Origin: an uncultured Subdoligranulum sp.
Lineage (GTDB): Bacteria; Bacillota; Clostridia; Christensenellales; CAG-314
Assembly (NCBI GenBank): GCA_964612455.1
Contig: CAZTCB010000003.1
Span: forward strand, 1,953 to 65,952
Reading direction: 5' to 3'
Length of the DNA stretch: 64,000 bases
Position numbers and translations under genes: made by a program. The notes beneath the pieces were generated by a model, which worked only from the letters and a program-made list of their open reading frames with translations, made no database searches and was not told the origin of the DNA. Numbering within the stretch: position 1 is the stretch's first letter; each line of letters begins with the position of its first letter. Shown here in pieces: positions 8,414 through 18,603 of the stretch.

Positions 8414-11020
8414 TCATGCGTCGTCTTTTTTTTGCGCGGACACGGTCAGCTCGTCGTTGACCTCGTCCACCGCGATAATGCTGTGAGGGCTGATTTTGTC
8501 GGCGATAATCTGTCTCGCTATCGGGGTTTCGACGTATTGTTGAATGTATCTGCGCAACGGTCTTGCGCCAAACGCCGCGTCGAAACCGTTTTCGACGATG
8601 TATTTTTTCGCCCTTTCGGTAAGCTTGACGGTGAGATCGTCGCTTTCCAGCCTACGGTTCAGTCCGTCTATCATGATATCGACAATCCGTGCGATATCCG
8701 ACGCCGTCAAAGGTTTGTAAAAAACTATCTCGTCCAGACGATTTAAAAACTCCGGGCGGAAGGAACGCTTGAGAAGCTCGTTTATCTGTTCCTTTGCGTC
8801 CGCGTTGATTTCGCCGTCGGCGGTAATATTGTCGAGAATGATATTGCTGCCGAGGTTGGACGTAAGTATAATGACGGTGTTTTTAAAGTCTACGGTTCGC
8901 CCCTGTCCGTCGGTTATTCTGCCGTCGTCGAGAACCTGCAACAAAATATTAAAAACGTCCGGATGAGCTTTTTCTATCTCGTCGAAAAGCACTACGCTGT
9001 ACGGCTTGCGTCTGACCGCTTCCGTCAATTGTCCGCCCTGATCGTAACCGACGTATCCCGGAGGTGCGCCGATAAGGCGCGAAACGGCAAATTTTTCCAT
9101 ATATTCGCTCATATCGATACGAACCATATTCTTTTCGTCGTCAAACAAAGTTGCGGCGAGAGTTTTCGCAAGTTCCGTTTTTCCGACACCCGTCGGCCCC
9201 AAAAACAGAAAACTCCCTATCGGTCTGTTGGGATCGGCAATACCTGCGCGACTGCGTAGTATCGCCTCCGACACCTTAGTGACCGCTTCGTCCTGACCTA
9301 CTACGCGTTTGTGCAGGACGTTGGCAAGGTCAAGGAGTTTTTCGCGCTCTCCCTGCATCAATCTGCTGACGGGGATATTGGTGCGACGATGAATAATCTT
9401 GGCTATTTCCTCTTCGGTCACCTTGTCCCGCAAGAGTACGTTGCCTTCTCTCGATTGTTTTTCCTGCTCGTCGATTTCTTTCTCGAGCTTAGGCAAAACG
9501 CCGTATTTCAATTCCGCCGCACGGTTGAGGTCGCAGTCGCGTTCGGCTTTTTCTATCTCAAGGTTCGTTTCTTTTATTTTTTCTCTGAGCTTTTGGAGTT
9601 TGCCGATATTCTCTTTTTCTTGCAACCACTTAGACTGATTTAATTTAAATTTTTCGTCAAGCTCGGCGAGTTCCTTTTGCACCGTAGACAAATGCGCCGC
9701 GGAAAGCCTGTCGCTTTCCTTCTTTAACGCCGCTTCTTCTATCTGCAACTGCATTATCTTGCGACGCATGTCGTCCATTTCTTCGGGCATACTGTCCATT
9801 TCCGTCTTAATGAGGGCGCACGCCTCGTCTACGAGGTCTATCGCTTTGTCGGGGAGAAATCTGTCGCTTATATAGCGATTTGACAAGGTCGCCGCCGCAA
9901 TCAAAGCCGCGTCGGTTATCTTTACGCCGTGAAAGACTTCGTAACGCTCTTTAATACCGCGCAAAATACTGATAGTATCCTCAACCGTCGGTTCGTCTAC
10001 CAAAACCGGTTGAAAACGCCTCTCCAACGCGGGATCTTTTTCTATATACTCACGGTATTCGTCGAGAGTCGTGGCACCTATACAATGCAACTCGCCTCTC
10101 GCGAGCATGGGTTTTAAAATATTTCCCGCATCCATCGCGCCGTCCGTTTTGCCGGCACCTACGATAAGGTGGAGCTCGTCTATAAATAAAATTATTTTGC
10201 CTTCGCTCTTTTTTACCGCGTTTAAAACCGCCTTGAGCCTTTCTTCAAACTCTCCGCGATATTTGGCACCCGCAATCAACGCCCCCATGTCGAGGCTGAA
10301 TATACTGCGGTTTTTTAACGCGTTGGGGACGTCGCCGTTTACTATACGTTGAGCAAGCCCCTCGGCAATTGCTGTCTTTCCCACGCCTGCCTCGCCTATG
10401 AGCACCGGGTTGTTTTTAGTCTTGCGGCTGAGTATCATGATAACATTTCGTATCTCGTTTTCTCTGCCGATAACAGGATCGAGTTTTTGTTTTCTTGCGA
10501 GTTCCACCAAATCGGAACCGTATTTTTTTAACACGTCGTACGTGGACTCGGGGTTGTCGCTCGTAACGTTGACGTTACCCCGTACCGCGGACAACGCCTT
10601 TAAAAACGCGTCCTTATTGACCGAAAACTTGTTAAAAACCGTACTTAAATACGAGTCGGGACGCATTAAAATGCCTAAAAACAAGTGCTCTACCGATATA
10701 TACTCGTCCTTCATTGACTCCGCTTGTTTTTCCGCCTCCGAAATTGCCGCGTTTAACGCATTGTCGGTATACGCGCCGACGTTTGCGCCGTGCATTTTCG
10801 GCAACCTCTCGATTTCGTTTTTTACGGCGGATTTAAGCCCCGCCGCGTCGGCGCCGCTTTGGTTTAAAAGTTGATAGACGAGACTGTCGTCGGCGGTAAG
10901 GAGCGCGTAAAGCAAGTGCTCCTGTCTGATTTCGGAATTTCCGTACTCACGTGCGATATTTTGCGCGGATTGTATGGCGTTGACCGAGTTTTGAGTAAAA
11001 TTGTTGTTTGTCATATCCAC
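8414..11020 (-). CDS. clpB: ATP-dependent chaperone/disaggregase ClpB
   Basis: 868 aa with two AAA+ modules ([10 protein letters not shown] and [12 protein letters not shown]), a long middle coiled-coil and a Clp N-domain. Confidence 0.95.
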   Translation of the reverse strand: MDMTNNNFTQNSVNAIQSAQNIAREYGNSEIRQEHLLYALLTADDSLVYQLLNQSGADAAGLKSAVKNEIERLPKMHGANVGAYTDNALNAAISEAEKQAESMKDEYISVEHLFLGILMRPDSYLSTVFNKFSVNKDAFLKALSAVRGNVNVTSDNPESTYDVLKKYGSDLVELARKQKLDPVIGRENEIRNVIMILSRKTKNNPVLIGEAGVGKTAIAEGLAQRIVNGDVPNALKNRSIFSLDMGALIAGAKYRGEFEERLKAVLNAVKKSEGKIILFIDELHLIVGAGKTDGAMDAGNILKPMLARGELHCIGATTLDEYREYIEKDPALERRFQPVLVDEPTVEDTISILRGIKERYEVFHGVKITDAALIAAATLSNRYISDRFLPDKAIDLVDEACALIKTEMDSMPEEMDDMRRKIMQLQIEEAALKKESDRLSAAHLSTVQKELAELDEKFKLNQSKWLQEKENIGKLQKLREKIKETNLEIEKAERDCDLNRAAELKYGVLPKLEKEIDEQEKQSREGNVLLRDKVTEEEIAKIIHRRTNIPVSRLMQGEREKLLDLANVLHKRVVGQDEAVTKVSEAILRSRAGIADPNRPIGSFLFLGPTGVGKTELAKTLAATLFDDEKNMVRIDMSEYMEKFAVSRLIGAPPGYVGYDQGGQLTEAVRRKPYSVVLFDEIEKAHPDVFNILLQVLDDGRITDGQGRTVDFKNTVIILTSNLGSNIILDNITADGEINADAKEQINELLKRSFRPEFLNRLDEIVFYKPLTASDIARIVDIMIDGLNRRLESDDLTVKLTERAKKYIVENGFDAAFGARPLRRYIQQYVETPIARQIIADKISPHSIIAVDEVNDELTVSAQKKDDA

Positions 11021-11023
11021 ACC

Positions 11024-11674
11024 TCATCTGAATATTACTTTTTGCCTTTTCAGGTTATCGACGTACCTTTCTTCTAACACGGACAACGCAAAGGCGACGT
11101 CGTCCAGATTTTGAAAATACAGATTGAGCAACTCGTCAAAGTTTTTCACGTACTCGAGTATAGCCTCTCCGAGTTGTTCGTTGTTTAACACCACGCCTTC
11201 GTCCAATCGCAGACGACGGATAAATCTTCCGTTTTCTACACGAGTAAACGTATCGCCTACGTATTTTTTTTCGAGTTTTGCAAAAAGAACGAAAAAAGCA
11301 CTCACCGCATCGAGCAATTGCGCGTTTGTACTGCGCAAAGACACCTTTAACTCTCCTATGCCGTCGTCGTGAGCAAGAAACAACTCCACGGTATATCTGA
11401 CTGTCGGGTTGTACCGAAAACTGACTGCGGAACAAATAGACGCAAGCCCTGACGATTGCTGAGCCACAAACTTTAACGTCCGACTCGGCTCGACCAACTC
11501 TTGCAGATGATTAAACACGTCCGCTATTTTTTGTTCGGGCGTTTCAAAGGATAAATACTCGGCAATAACCGTGTTGACCATATTACTGCGACTCATACCT
11601 TTTTTATACGCAACGGCGTCGAGCGCCTCCACAAGTTGATCGTTGAGTACCAGACTATATACACTCTTTGACAT
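11024..11674 (-). CDS. Ribbon-helix-helix (CopG/Arc-like) domain protein with an unknown ~170-aa C-terminal domain
   Basis: N-terminus VYSLVLNDQLVEALDAVAYKKGMSRSNMVNTVIAEYL fits the RHH pattern. Its stop is 3 nt from the clpB start, so it is probably co-transcribed. Confidence 0.6.
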   Translation of the reverse strand: MSKSVYSLVLNDQLVEALDAVAYKKGMSRSNMVNTVIAEYLSFETPEQKIADVFNHLQELVEPSRTLKFVAQQSSGLASICSAVSFRYNPTVRYTVELFLAHDDGIGELKVSLRSTNAQLLDAVSAFFVLFAKLEKKYVGDTFTRVENGRFIRRLRLDEGVVLNNEQLGEAILEYVKNFDELLNLYFQNLDDVAFALSVLEERYVDNLKRQKVIFR

Positions 11675-11695
11675 ATCCTATCTCCTTTCATCGAC

Positions 11696-11723
11696 ATTAT
11701 AACTCTTTTATAAATTTTGTCAA
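11696..11723 (-). promoter_or_regulatory. SigmaA-type promoter for the RHH-clpB operon
   Basis: On the minus strand, TTGACA, a 16-nt spacer, then TATAAT, about 20 nt upstream of the AGGAG RBS. Confidence 0.65.
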
Positions 11724-11867
11724 GTATTATTATATAATTTTTTTTACAAATTATTAATTTTCGCTTTTAATTATTATCTTTAATTAAACATTTTATACCG
11801 AAAATAAAAAAATAAACCACCGTAAAAACGATTGATTTTTACTTGGCGAAATGGTACAATTTTCATC

Positions 11868-12605
11868 ATGAAAAAAATCGACAGAGTAAAAGCGCTCCAA
11901 TATTTAAACACCGACAAAATCAACACCGTTGCCCTGACGGGGGTTATTGCCGCAAATAAAAACGCCGATATTTACGAAAACGAAAACGGCGAAGGCGTAA
12001 TGGTCGTAAACCGCAAGCAACGGTATATATACTCCCCCGACCGAGGTTTTTGGGAAGAATGTTTCGTTAATTCTCCCGACGACGTATGTTTTTCGTGCTT
12101 GCATCGCGAAATAGCGGAGTTTTTTAAAGACAAATTTTCGGCTTATTACGACGATTATTGCCACATTTGTCTTTTTTTGGGAGACAAACCCGTTCCTAAA
12201 CCTGATATTCCCGACGGTTGCGAATTAAAAAACGTAGACGTCAAAGACGTCGACTATATCAACGATTATTACACGTACAAGGGCGAAGGCAGCAGAGAGC
12301 GTTTGTTGGAAGAAATAACGCAAAGACCGAGTTGCGCACTGTATCGGGGCGACGAGATTTTGGCGTGGAATCTCATTCATTCCGACTATTCGATGGGCGT
12401 TATGTTCGTTCCGCCGTTTAACCGAGGAAAAGGCTACGCCCAGGTCGTCGGTAGCGGGTTGTTAAAAAAGGTGCTCGAAGTCGGACGTACTCCGTACGTA
12501 CAGATAGTATCCGACAACATACCGAGCCTTAATCTCGCAACGAAAAAATTGGGTTTTACGAAAAAATTCGAGGCTTGTTGGGTGCTAAAAACACGCGACG
12601 GCTAA
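11868..12605 (+). CDS. GNAT family acetyltransferase
   Basis: C-terminal FVPPFNRGKGYAQVVGSGLLKKVLEVGRTPYVQIVSDNIPSLNLATKKLGF is a GNAT core. The start is set at ATG MKKIDRV, and no strong RBS is visible. Confidence 0.6.
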   Translation: MKKIDRVKALQYLNTDKINTVALTGVIAANKNADIYENENGEGVMVVNRKQRYIYSPDRGFWEECFVNSPDDVCFSCLHREIAEFFKDKFSAYYDDYCHICLFLGDKPVPKPDIPDGCELKNVDVKDVDYINDYYTYKGEGSRERLLEEITQRPSCALYRGDEILAWNLIHSDYSMGVMFVPPFNRGKGYAQVVGSGLLKKVLEVGRTPYVQIVSDNIPSLNLATKKLGFTKKFEACWVLKTRDG

Positions 12606-12714
12606 CACAGTCAATTTGGCTTTTATTTTTACGCGTATGGCTTTTTGCCGTGCGCGTCGTTTTTATTTATATAATTAAAAAATATACATAATTAAAAAAT
12701 ATTGCCGTAAACTG

Positions 12715-12743
12715 TTGAAAAAAAACGCGTTTTTTGGTATAAT
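12715..12743 (+). promoter_or_regulatory. SigmaA-type promoter
   Basis: TTGAAA, a 17-nt spacer, then TATAAT, 20 nt upstream of the ORF at 12764. Confidence 0.6.
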
Positions 12744-12763
12744 AATCGTCTAAGGAAAAAATT

Positions 12764-14737
12764 ATGACGAAAAAGTATTGTTTTGTTTCTGTATTAATAT
12801 TTATTCTGGCTCTTTTTTGCCTTATCTCGGTGTTTACGCCCGACTGTACGGCATACGCAGCCATAAAAAACGATATTTCGCTCAGTTTGTCGGCGCCGAA
12901 AGCGTTGACCACGCTCGACGGAGATTGTTACGTCGCCGATACGATAGAAGAAGACGGCTCGGTCTACACTATAGTCCATCGCATATCGAGCGACGGTACG
13001 GAGTCTTTTTTCGTCGACAAGAGTATCGAGGGCGAAAGTAAGGATATCGAAGTGTATTCCGACGGAAAAACTTTCCTGTTAATGCAAACCGACCGTATCG
13101 TAATACGCAGCGTCGACGACTCGACGGACATGACGATAAAAGCCACCGGAGTGTTCGATATCGTCCTCAGCGGCGACTATTTGTTTTACGAAGTCAAGGA
13201 CGGCAATCGCTACACCAGTTACGTCGTCTCTTTCGGTGAATTTTTAAAAAATCCCGACGTTCCTTTTAAAAGTTTGTCCCACGGCAATACGAAGATAGCC
13301 TTTCTCGGCGTCGACCCTAAAACGGAAGGACAAGCGATAGCGTACTATCAGACGACCGATGAAAAAAACGTTGCAAAAACGGCGCAAATGGCTCTTTCGG
13401 TCGACGGTTCGTACAATATAACCCCCGATTTGCCGTTTGCTATCGATGAAAAAACCATCGGTACCTTCAACTACGGCGGCTCGGCTTGTTTCTACTCGGC
13501 CGAAAAAATCGATTGTTTGCTTTACGACGACGCATCGGTGGACATGCGGAGCGAATGTAACATACCCATGTCCGAAGTAGCCGTGTCGGCGGACAAACAA
13601 AGCGGAGCGTATACCTTTTTTGTCCTCTGCAACTACGCCGACGACTTTGAAAATACAAACCCGTATCACAACAAACCGCGTCTGCTCTATTTTGAGATTT
13701 CAAACAACGGCGAAAAACCCGATGCGGACGCTTTTTACTCTGCGGTAAACGCGGCAAAGCAAAACGGTCGCCTGTTGGGCGCGAGCGAGCTGAATCTCGC
13801 TGTTCCGCAATACGACATCGATGATTTGCAAATAGGATCGGTCAGAGGGTATCCGTCCAACATCATTTATACGGCAGTCACCGTAGAGTCCGATTACGCA
13901 ATAAAAACGGTAGAAAAATTGACGGCGTCCGACCGATTTATCGTATTGTCCACTGTCGAAAAAGACGGTAAAAGTTATCACTTTATCATGCTCGACGGCA
14001 AATTCGGTTGGATACAGCACAGCGACTGCGTTGACTTTTTCCCGTTAACCTTTTCGGGATTTGATTGCGTCACGCTCAATCTCGGCGTACGCGTATACGA
14101 CCTTCCGTATCAGGACGATGCGTTTTTAAAAACTCGCGACGACAGCACGGTTACGCTTGAAAAAAATCGTCAATTGACCGTCATAGGCAAGTACAAAGAG
14201 TTTTATCTCGTGACGTACAAGCAGGACGACTATTCTGTCTGCGGTTTCGTACTTTCGAGCAATATCGGTCAAAAAACCGAAGAGGACGTATATACTTCTT
14301 ACCTACGCAAAGCCGCCAACCCACAGGCAGGCAAAACCCTCTCCGTTTATAAAGATGCCCGACTCGACAATATCGACGACAATCAACTGCGCGATGCCGA
14401 CGGCTCGGTTATCAAGGTCAAAGCGGGCAAAGAGGTCAGACTGTACGAAGTATTTGACGACGGAACATGTCTGGTCGGCGTTTTGGTAAACGACGTGCTT
14501 TACAAGGGGTACATCGAGTCGGAACAACTGCTTAAAGAATACAACGTAGGTCTTACCAATTCTCAATTGCTCGCCACTGCAGGCATCTCGATAGTGCTCG
14601 TAATAATAATATACGTAATCATTTTAAGAGTGCGTAAAAAGAGAATGTACGTAGCGCAAGAGGAAGCGGAAAGCACCCTCAACGCCCGAAAAAAAGCTAA
14701 AGGTCAGGGTAAAAATAACGATAACGATACGGAATAA
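12764..14737 (+). CDS. Secreted, C-terminally TM-anchored protein with three SH3b-like repeats
   Basis: Signal peptide ending in ...AYAA. Three ~65-aa SH3b-like modules occupy the C-terminal half, followed by one TM helix (LLATAGISIVLVIIIYVIIL) and a Lys-rich tail. Confidence 0.55.
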   Translation: MTKKYCFVSVLIFILALFCLISVFTPDCTAYAAIKNDISLSLSAPKALTTLDGDCYVADTIEEDGSVYTIVHRISSDGTESFFVDKSIEGESKDIEVYSDGKTFLLMQTDRIVIRSVDDSTDMTIKATGVFDIVLSGDYLFYEVKDGNRYTSYVVSFGEFLKNPDVPFKSLSHGNTKIAFLGVDPKTEGQAIAYYQTTDEKNVAKTAQMALSVDGSYNITPDLPFAIDEKTIGTFNYGGSACFYSAEKIDCLLYDDASVDMRSECNIPMSEVAVSADKQSGAYTFFVLCNYADDFENTNPYHNKPRLLYFEISNNGEKPDADAFYSAVNAAKQNGRLLGASELNLAVPQYDIDDLQIGSVRGYPSNIIYTAVTVESDYAIKTVEKLTASDRFIVLSTVEKDGKSYHFIMLDGKFGWIQHSDCVDFFPLTFSGFDCVTLNLGVRVYDLPYQDDAFLKTRDDSTVTLEKNRQLTVIGKYKEFYLVTYKQDDYSVCGFVLSSNIGQKTEEDVYTSYLRKAANPQAGKTLSVYKDARLDNIDDNQLRDADGSVIKVKAGKEVRLYEVFDDGTCLVGVLVNDVLYKGYIESEQLLKEYNVGLTNSQLLATAGISIVLVIIIYVIILRVRKKRMYVAQEEAESTLNARKKAKGQGKNNDNDTE

Positions 14738-14756
14738 AACGGTTATTCCCGCTATA

Positions 14757-14794
14757 CCCCGCGTTTGCAGACGTAGTAAACGCGGGGGTTTTTT
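14757..14794 (+). terminator. Intrinsic terminator
   Basis: Stem ccccgcgttt/aaacgcgggg followed by a T-run. Confidence 0.85.
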
Positions 14795-14809
14795 ATTGCC
14801 TTTTTTGTT

Positions 14810-15904
14810 TTATTTTTCTATTTTTCCCGCCTCGAGGACGTTGCTATGGTACGCATAAACCAATTTTTCGCGATTTTTTCTTTCGGAAATTGCCGATTGA
14901 ACGAGTTTTGCCAAAAACTCTTCGTGAGAATATTGGTCAAACAGATAATACGCGAGCGAACCGGGGATAGCGTTGATCTCGTTGACGAATATTTTGTTTT
15001 TAACGCAATCAACGAGATAGTCCACCCTTATCACCCCGTCGAAACCGAACGCGCGATATATTTTTTCCGTCATATCCCGTACGAATTTTTCGCCGTCAAA
15101 AAGATACGGAAAAATGCGTTGCGTATCCCCTTTGTCGCCCCGCACGTATTTGTCGGCAAAAGTAAGTATTTCGTCACGAGGGACTGGACGCTCTATCTTG
15201 CTCGTAACTATACTGCCGTTGGTTTTAAACGCCGCGCAGTTTACCTCGTAAAAATCCGTCAATGCTCTCTCGACCAATACCCGCGTATCGAAACAAAACG
15301 CCACTTCGAGAGCGTTTTTTAGTTCTTCGTCGTCTCTTACTACCTTGATACCTATACTGCTCCCCAAAGAAACGGGCTTTACTATAAGAGGAAAACCGAG
15401 TTTTTTTACGAGCGAAAAAGCTTTATCGTCGTACCGCGAGTTGAAAGTAACCCCTTTAAGCACGTTTGCGCCGAGCCCTTTCAGGACGATTTTTGAAAGG
15501 CTTTTATCCATACTCGCACCGCAGGCAAAAGGACTGCCGCAAGTATAAGGTATACCCGCGAGTTGCAATAAACCCGAGATACTGCCGTCTTCGCCGTTGA
15601 TGCCATGAAAGCACGGCACGGCAACGTCGATTTTGGCAAGATTTACGATTCTGTTGAAACCGCCCTTTATTTTTAAAGTATTGTCGCCGCTTAACACAAA
15701 GGCTTTTTTACCGATTTTTTTACAACGCAAAGCGTACTCTTTAGGCTCGACGTCCTGAGGCATATACCACCACGCGTTAAACCTATCGACGTACACGGGG
15801 TAAACGCGTCCTGTTTTTTTTAAGGCAGGCAAAGTTATTTTTGCCGTTAAAATACTGATATCGTGCTCGCAGCTCTTGCCGCCGAACAACATTAAAATAT
15901 TCAT
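14810..15904 (-). CDS. ddl: D-alanine--D-alanine ligase
   Basis: The start is trimmed to MNILMLFGGKSCEHDIS, a canonical Ddl N-terminus. ATP-grasp core is present. Its ATG forms an ATGA overlap with the murF-like stop. Confidence 0.9.
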   Translation of the reverse strand: MNILMLFGGKSCEHDISILTAKITLPALKKTGRVYPVYVDRFNAWWYMPQDVEPKEYALRCKKIGKKAFVLSGDNTLKIKGGFNRIVNLAKIDVAVPCFHGINGEDGSISGLLQLAGIPYTCGSPFACGASMDKSLSKIVLKGLGANVLKGVTFNSRYDDKAFSLVKKLGFPLIVKPVSLGSSIGIKVVRDDEELKNALEVAFCFDTRVLVERALTDFYEVNCAAFKTNGSIVTSKIERPVPRDEILTFADKYVRGDKGDTQRIFPYLFDGEKFVRDMTEKIYRAFGFDGVIRVDYLVDCVKNKIFVNEINAIPGSLAYYLFDQYSHEEFLAKLVQSAISERKNREKLVYAYHSNVLEAGKIEK

Positions 15905-17400
15905 TTTTTTCTCCTTTTCGTCATGTTGTCGGGCATGTCGTTTTGAAACGCAACAACACCCCCGTCCCCCGCAAAAGCGGATATTTCTTTTACCGCGCCG
16001 TTTAAATCGTCGCAAACGAAAATATTTTCGCTTGACATTCCGCCATCCAAAAGCCCCTGTTTAAGGGCGTCTGCGTTTTGCCCCAAAACAGCACAAAAAT
16101 CGGCGATTTTTGCAAGTTTTTTTGCAAAGTCGTAGTTGAGTTTAAAACGCTCTCCGCCTGCCTCCGCTATCCCCTGCGCCACCACGCATTTGTTGCCTTC
16201 AAAACACGACAGTACCTCTAAAAAACCGTCAACGCCTTTTTGATTGGCATTGTATCCGTCGTCCAGAATATAGGTACTTCCTTTTCGTATGAGTTCGAGC
16301 CTGTGGGGCGTGTACTGCAGTCTTTCCGCTGCGGTTATCAACGCAGACGGGGTGCAACCTAACGAAATTGACATAGCGAAAGCCATAGTCACGTTAAACG
16401 CGTTGACGCTACCGAGCAACGGCGTAAAAACGTCATATCGCGCGTTGTCTTTTTGCACGATTGTAAAATGCGTGCCTTGAGGTGAAACCGAAATGTTTTT
16501 TAAAGAAAAATCCTCTCCGTTTTTTCCTACCGACAACCGTTGAAAGACACCCGTGTACCCGTTACTGTTGACGTCGTCGGCATTGACGACGCAAAAACTT
16601 TCGTTGTTTAAAAAATCGAGCACCTCTCCCTTGGTCGCGATAATTTCGTCAACGTTGCCGAAAGTCTCTATATGTTGCGGAGCAACGCCGCATATTAAGG
16701 CATGATCGGGACGAAAACGCCGGCATATCGCCTCAATATCGCCGCGTTTTTTTGCTCCCGCCTCGAGAATGACGATTTGCGGTTTATCCTTAATATCGTT
16801 AATAAACTTTGCCAATCCAAGCGGAGTATTAAAACTCGACGGACTGCATGCGACCTCGTAACGCGTAGATAAAAATGAACGGAGAATGTTTTTTACCGAC
16901 GTCTTGCCGTAACTCCCCGTTACCGCTATCGTCGTACACCCGAAACTTTTTAATTTTTTTTCAGCCTTTTTTAAATATCCGACGTTTATCAGTCCGTTTA
17001 TCGGCTTTAAAAGCAAATCCGCGGCAAACGTAACGGGTAAAACCAAGATAACCGGCACGCAACCGTCAAAGGCAAACGTTAACGCGACGAAAAAAGCGCA
17101 ATTGACGACAAACCAACGCAAAACTCGTTTGGTAGGTTTTAAGGGCGTTTTTTTTGCGGAAAATACCAAAGGCGAAAGCAAAAGACAGCAAAACGAGCTT
17201 ATAAAAAGCAAAACGTCTGCAAAAACAACGTAGGTTATCGCCTGAACGGCAGTCAGAACAACGCTCAGCCAAAAGGCGAAACCCGAAAAAATATTTCGTA
17301 CTCCGCGCCGCCAGAAATAACCGACGAGCTGAAGTTGCCAGACGTAATACGCAGACGCCGACGTTAAACACAAGACAGAAAATATTTTTAATACCGTCAT
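15901..17400 (-). CDS. murF: MurF-like Mur ligase with an N-terminal polytopic membrane domain
   Basis: Mur-ligase central and C-terminal motifs are present (TGSYGKTSVKNIL, SFNTPLGL, ILEAGAKKRGDI, ILDDGYNANQ). The first ~140 aa form 4-5 predicted TM helices instead of the usual MurF domain 1. Confidence 0.7.
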   Translation of the reverse strand: MTVLKIFSVLCLTSASAYYVWQLQLVGYFWRRGVRNIFSGFAFWLSVVLTAVQAITYVVFADVLLFISSFCCLLLSPLVFSAKKTPLKPTKRVLRWFVVNCAFFVALTFAFDGCVPVILVLPVTFAADLLLKPINGLINVGYLKKAEKKLKSFGCTTIAVTGSYGKTSVKNILRSFLSTRYEVACSPSSFNTPLGLAKFINDIKDKPQIVILEAGAKKRGDIEAICRRFRPDHALICGVAPQHIETFGNVDEIIATKGEVLDFLNNESFCVVNADDVNSNGYTGVFQRLSVGKNGEDFSLKNISVSPQGTHFTIVQKDNARYDVFTPLLGSVNAFNVTMAFAMSISLGCTPSALITAAERLQYTPHRLELIRKGSTYILDDGYNANQKGVDGFLEVLSCFEGNKCVVAQGIAEAGGERFKLNYDFAKKLAKIADFCAVLGQNADALKQGLLDGGMSSENIFVCDDLNGAVKEISAFAGDGGVVAFQNDMPDNMTKRRKK

Positions 17401-17401
17401 C

Positions 17402-18139
17402 TCAACTCTCCAAAAAACTTTTTAGTACGGCAGTAAAAAAATCGGGTTTTTCCAAAAAAACGAAATGTCCGCACTCTTTAACCGTCACGATACCGCTGTT
17501 TTTTATCAATCTGCGATATCGCTTTGCAATCCACAGCGGAGTATCTTTGTCTTTTTCGCCGTACACGAGGAGAGTCGGGACGCAAATCCGACGGGCGTAT
17601 TTGTCAAGAGGCTCGTTTATTGTCCTAAAAAAAGTTTGCCTCAACTCTTTGGTCAACGCCCTGTAATCGTCACTGCCGCAAAGGGCGAGTTTTTCTTTTG
17701 CTTTGTCGCTTTTTTTTGCACGGCGTTTGAGTAGTTTATACCGCACTACCTTTAACAGCCTGATTAAACTTTTTTTTCTTAGTCCCGCGGCGTCGACGAG
17801 CACGAGTTTTTTAAGCAACCGAGGGTACTTTGCCGCCAAAACGACGGCAACCCGCCCGCCGAAACTATGCCCTATCACGGTCAGATTTTTAAAATCGTTT
17901 TCGAGCACAAAGTCGGCAATCCCGTCTGCATAGTCCTCTACGCTCATACCGACAGATTTAAAATCGTCGGGCATGGGTGTTTTACCAAATCCCCACAAAT
18001 CGACAAAAGTCAGTCGAAATCCAAATAGTCTCTGCGCAAGCGACTTAAAAATCGTTCCGTCGCAACCCCAACCATGCAAAAAGAGGACGTCGTCTCCGTC
18101 GCCCTCTTTGGTAAAAAATAATTTTATTGAATTTTTCAT
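17402..18139 (-). CDS. Alpha/beta-fold hydrolase
   Basis: 245 aa with HGWGCDG and the nucleophile elbow GHSFGG. Its ATG forms an ATGA overlap with the rimI stop. Confidence 0.8.
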   Translation of the reverse strand: MKNSIKLFFTKEGDGDDVLFLHGWGCDGTIFKSLAQRLFGFRLTFVDLWGFGKTPMPDDFKSVGMSVEDYADGIADFVLENDFKNLTVIGHSFGGRVAVVLAAKYPRLLKKLVLVDAAGLRKKSLIRLLKVVRYKLLKRRAKKSDKAKEKLALCGSDDYRALTKELRQTFFRTINEPLDKYARRICVPTLLVYGEKDKDTPLWIAKRYRRLIKNSGIVTVKECGHFVFLEKPDFFTAVLKSFLES

Positions 18140-18603
18140 TTTATCGTTTTTATCATTATCACGGCGTCTATCGAGTGAGTCGCGTCACGATAATAACCTT
18201 TTCGCGTAGTCAAAGCACTGAAACCGTACGTTTCGTAGAGTTTTTGCGCGGCAAAGTTGTCTGCGGCGACTTCTAAGACGATTTTTTCAAAATCACCGCC
18301 GTACGCAGCGCGTAAACTATCTATCGCGATGCCGACAAGCCTTTTCGCTATACCCAAACGCCTGTATTGCGGCACAACGCAAATTTTCAACAATTCCGCC
18401 TCGCCGCAACAATAGCCGACAGATACGTACCCGACCAGCTGTTCTCCGACTTTTGCTCCGAAAAAAAACGTATTGCCGCCGACGAAACTGTCTGCGAGCA
18501 TTTTTTCATTCCATCTCTCAAAGGACGGAAAACACAATTTTTCCAATCCGGCTATCGCCGCCGCGTCCTCTGCCGCCAATCGGACTATTTGCCACGTTTG
18601 CAC
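18136..18603 (-). CDS. rimI: Ribosomal-protein-alanine N-acetyltransferase RimI
   Basis: GNAT core (VVPQYRRLGIAKRLV). I chose the GTG start at 18603 because a GGAGGAAG RBS lies 5 nt upstream. This is the canonical position after tsaB. Confidence 0.8.
   Translation of the reverse strand: MQTWQIVRLAAEDAAAIAGLEKLCFPSFERWNEKMLADSFVGGNTFFFGAKVGEQLVGYVSVGYCCGEAELLKICVVPQYRRLGIAKRLVGIAIDSLRAAYGGDFEKIVLEVAADNFAAQKLYETYGFSALTTRKGYYRDATHSIDAVIMIKTIK

Noticed and set aside
11675-11830. Search for CIRCE (HrcA) or CtsR operators upstream of the RHH-clpB operon
   Set aside because: Only AT-rich sequence with weak TAATAATT-type repeats is present, with no match to either consensus by eye.
15905-16015. N-terminal extension of the ddl ORF (MRRFKRRGKRN...)
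   Set aside because: The extension overlaps the murF-like coding region. The canonical Ddl N-terminus begins at MNILMLFGG with an ATGA coupling.
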